Notes under the pieces: generated by a model
Told to the model about the DNA's origin: nothing
The model's input: the letters and a program-made list of their open reading frames with translations, nothing else
Databases searched by the model: none
Made by a program: the position numbers and the translations under genes
Source of the DNA: Treponemataceae bacterium
Lineage (GTDB): Bacteria; Bacteroidota; Bacteroidia; Bacteroidales; UBA932
Direction: 5' to 3'
DNA: 64,000 bases
Assembly: GCA_963635625.1 (NCBI GenBank)
Contig: CAVHGF010000001.1
Location: forward strand, 6,239-70,238
Shown here: in pieces, positions 61,624 through 64,000 of the stretch
Layout: every line of letters begins with the position of its first letter
Position numbering within the stretch: position 1 is the stretch's first letter

Positions 61624-62178
61624 CTATTTAATTCTGTCGGGATGACTCGCTACGAATTTCTCCCACGAAGAGCCGTCTCCCATCTTTGATAAAGGACTTA
61701 TCATCTGATAGTAATGGCAAATGGCCAATGCAAGGGCGTCCGTCGAGTCCAGCGGGTAGTCTTCAATTTTAATGCCAAGAATTTTCTGGACCATCAGACT
61801 CACCTGTTCCTTGGACGCGTCGCCGTTACCGCACACCGATATCTTGGCCTTTCGGGGAGCATACTCCACCACCTCAAGACCCTTCTCCACGGCCGCGGCT
61901 ATAGATACACCCTGCGCCCTGCCGAGCTTGAATATGACCTGGGCGTTCTTTCCCATAAAAGGAGATTCGATGGCCAGGATCTGCGGGAGGTAAGTGTCTA
62001 TGACCTTTGAGATGTAATCCTTGATGCAGAAGAGCTTGCGGTACGGATCTTTTTCCTTCCTGAGATCCAGCACGCCGGCATCGACGAACTGCGGTCCCTT
62101 CTCCCCTATACGAACGATCCCGAAACCAAGCAGATTGGTTCCGGGGTCTATTCCGAGTATGAGTTCTCCCTTAGTCAA
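61624..62178 (-). CDS. ruvC: Holliday junction resolvase RuvC
   Basis: ILGIDPG, AIE, LGRAQG, GNGDASKEQV and DSTDALA; TTG start. Confidence 0.95.
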   Translation of the reverse strand: MTKGELILGIDPGTNLLGFGIVRIGEKGPQFVDAGVLDLRKEKDPYRKLFCIKDYISKVIDTYLPQILAIESPFMGKNAQVIFKLGRAQGVSIAAAVEKGLEVVEYAPRKAKISVCGNGDASKEQVSLMVQKILGIKIEDYPLDSTDALALAICHYYQMISPLSKMGDGSSWEKFVASHPDRIK

Positions 62179-63442
62179 TTTTATCGAATCCCGTATAAGG
62201 ACGCAGGACTTCAGGTATGATTATGCCATCCGGCGTCTGGTTGTCCTCAAGAAGAGCCGCCACCACGCGCGGAAGTGCCAATGAACTTCCGTTAAGGGTG
62301 TGTGCAAGCTGTATCTTGCCTTCTTCGTCACGATAACGGAGGTGAAGTCTGTTTGACTGATATGTCTCGAAGTTACTTACAGAAGATATCTCAAGCCATC
62401 TTCCCTGAGCGGCGCTCCAAAGCTCGAAATCGTATGTAATGGCCGAGGTGAAAGACATATCGCCACCGCAGAGACGAAGAATCCTGTATTTCAAGCCAAG
62501 CTTGTTGACCAGGCTCTCCACGTGTGCAATCATCTCATCGAGAGCGGCATAACTGTTCTCCGGTTTTTCGACACGCACGATCTCCACCTTGTCGAACTGA
62601 TGCAGACGGTTAAGTCCGCGGACATCCTTTCCGTAAGATCCGGCCTCACGGCGGAAGCACGGAGTGTATGCCGTAAGCCTCTGAGGGATCTCGTTCTGAG
62701 CGAGGATAACGTCACGGAAAATATTGGTTACAGGCACTTCTGCAGTAGGTACGAGATAGAAATCATCCAGATTGGCGTGATACATCTGTCCCTCTTTGTC
62801 AGGAAGCTGACCGGTTCCGAAGCCGGACTCCTTGTTCACGACCACAGGAGGCTCCACTTCCTTATATCCGGCTGCGGTATTGCAGTCAAGGAAGAAATTG
62901 ATGAGCGCACGCTGAAGTTTCGCACCCTTTCCTTTATATACAGGGAAACCGGCTCCCGTAATCTTGACACCCAGATCGAAGTCTATGATATCATATTTCT
63001 TGGCCAATTCCCAATGCGGAAGAGCACCTTCGGGAAGATTGACCTCAGGACCGCCCATTTTCACCACAAGGTTATCCGCAGCGCAGGTTCCTTCCGGCAC
63101 CAGATCGCAAGGCATATTAGGAAGAAGAACCAGATTGTCCTCAAGTTCCTTGCTTGCGGCGTCCATCCTGGAAAGCAAGTCCGAAGATTTGGTCTTGAGA
63201 GCCGCAACCTCTTCCTTTACGGCATCCGCCTCAGCTTTGAGCCCCTGCTTCATAAACGAGCCTATCAGCGCAGCTTTCTGCTTCTGTTCCGAGAGAAGAG
63301 CGTCACTTTCGGTCTGAAGGTTACGGCGGAGCGTGTCAAGCTCAAGCACCTTGTCTACAATAGGTTTGGCATCAAAATTCTTGACTTTCAGTTTAGCGAT
63401 CACCTTTTCAGGATCTTCGCGAAGTGTCTTAAGGGTTAACAT
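62171..63442 (-). CDS. serS: Serine--tRNA ligase
   Basis: GTGQLP, PTAEVP, FRREAGS, RLHQFDKVE and HTLNGS. Confidence 0.97.
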   Translation of the reverse strand: MLTLKTLREDPEKVIAKLKVKNFDAKPIVDKVLELDTLRRNLQTESDALLSEQKQKAALIGSFMKQGLKAEADAVKEEVAALKTKSSDLLSRMDAASKELEDNLVLLPNMPCDLVPEGTCAADNLVVKMGGPEVNLPEGALPHWELAKKYDIIDFDLGVKITGAGFPVYKGKGAKLQRALINFFLDCNTAAGYKEVEPPVVVNKESGFGTGQLPDKEGQMYHANLDDFYLVPTAEVPVTNIFRDVILAQNEIPQRLTAYTPCFRREAGSYGKDVRGLNRLHQFDKVEIVRVEKPENSYAALDEMIAHVESLVNKLGLKYRILRLCGGDMSFTSAITYDFELWSAAQGRWLEISSVSNFETYQSNRLHLRYRDEEGKIQLAHTLNGSSLALPRVVAALLEDNQTPDGIIIPEVLRPYTGFDKID

Positions 63443-63471
63443 ATATAGCTGTTTTTAATTATCATAAAAAG

Positions 63472-63512
63472 AAAAAGGACCCACACCCTCATCTCGAAGA
63501 GTGCAAGTCCTT
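63472..63512 (-). terminator. Intrinsic terminator after rpmA
   Basis: Minus strand AAGGACTTGCACTCTT-loop-GAGGGTGTGGGTCCTT followed by TTT, with G-U pairs. Confidence 0.7.
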
Positions 63513-63532
63513 GAAATTACTTTCCTCCGAGA

Positions 63533-63793
63533 TTAGTTCTCAAAAGGAATAACCGACACGTATGATTTATTTTCTCTCTTGCGAGTGAAAACTACAGTAC
63601 CGTCTATAAGCGCGTAAAGAGTGTGATCCTTACCCATACCTACATTCTTGTCGGGATTGTGAACCGTACCTCTCTGGCGAACGATGATATTGCCAGCCTT
63701 TACAGTCTCACCACCGAATTTCTTGAGTCCAAGACGTTTGCTTTCTGACTCACGACCGTTCTTTGAACTTGATTGACCTTTCTTGTGTGCCAT
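63533..63793 (-). CDS. rpmA: 50S ribosomal protein L27
   Basis: [20 protein letters not shown]...[10 protein letters not shown]. Confidence 0.98.
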   Translation of the reverse strand: MAHKKGQSSSKNGRESESKRLGLKKFGGETVKAGNIIVRQRGTVHNPDKNVGMGKDHTLYALIDGTVVFTRKRENKSYVSVIPFEN

Positions 63794-63810
63794 AATTCAA
63801 TTTCGTTTAA

Positions 63811-64000
63811 TTAAGCGAGTACAATCTCCGCAATCTGAATCTTGGAAAGTTTCTGACGATGACCGTTGCACTTGTCAAAACCCTTGCGACGGATCTTTTT
63901 GAATACAAGAACCTTATCAGCTCTTGCGTCATCTGCGAGCACCGTAGCCTTGACCACTGCACCCTTAACATAAGGAGCGCCGACCTTTACCTTGCCCTCG
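63811..64000 (-). CDS. rplU: 50S ribosomal protein L21, C-terminal part (start outside the window)
   Basis: Manual translation: KVGAPYVKGAVVKATV...KVLVFKKIRRKGF..NGHRQ...IVLA*. Confidence 0.95.
   Translation of the reverse strand, partial: EGKVKVGAPYVKGAVVKATVLADDARADKVLVFKKIRRKGFDKCNGHRQKLSKIQIAEIVLA

Noticed and set aside
1..64000. tRNA, rRNA, CRISPR, IS, integrase or prophage elements, and stop-codon reassignment
   Set aside because: Intergenic gaps are all under about 200 nt with no cloverleaf or repeat-spacer pattern seen, no mobile-element ORFs were recognised, and conserved genes are full length under the standard code.

Overview
A gene-dense (about 95% coding) stretch of a Bacteroidales chromosome. 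The Bacteroidota assignment rests on repeated TAnnTTTG -7 promoter boxes, the type-2 IleRS with a GIHH motif, and Bacteroidales-typical gene order. A Rikenellaceae/RC9-like lineage is only a guess. Most of the window is housekeeping: sulP (partial), galM, uvrB, lspA, dksA-like, ileS, tsaB, greA, ribF, a five-gene glycogen operon, dnaK, rluA, two yitT, leuS, phoH, gyrA, fabF, prfA, mazG, rsmD, ptb-ackA, comEC, apbE, a Fur-like regulator with a Zn/Cd P1B-ATPase, ruvC, serS, rpmA and rplU (partial). I saw no rRNA, tRNA, CRISPR array, transposase or integrase. The best candidate for an uncharacterised system is a translationally coupled four-gene cassette at 53.1-56.3 kb. It encodes an HPr-kinase-like kinase, an anchorless S24/S26 peptidase, a stand-alone PqqD/RRE and an ABC exporter, and resembles a RiPP maturation and export module without its precursor or cyclase. 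Other notable items are a 43-aa ORF upstream of greA that the track missed, a stand-alone Clp N-domain gene divergent from gyrA, many promoters positioned to give leaderless mRNAs, palindromic operators upstream of dnaK and the metal ATPase, and several active-site variants. All calls come from motif recognition by eye; no searches were run.
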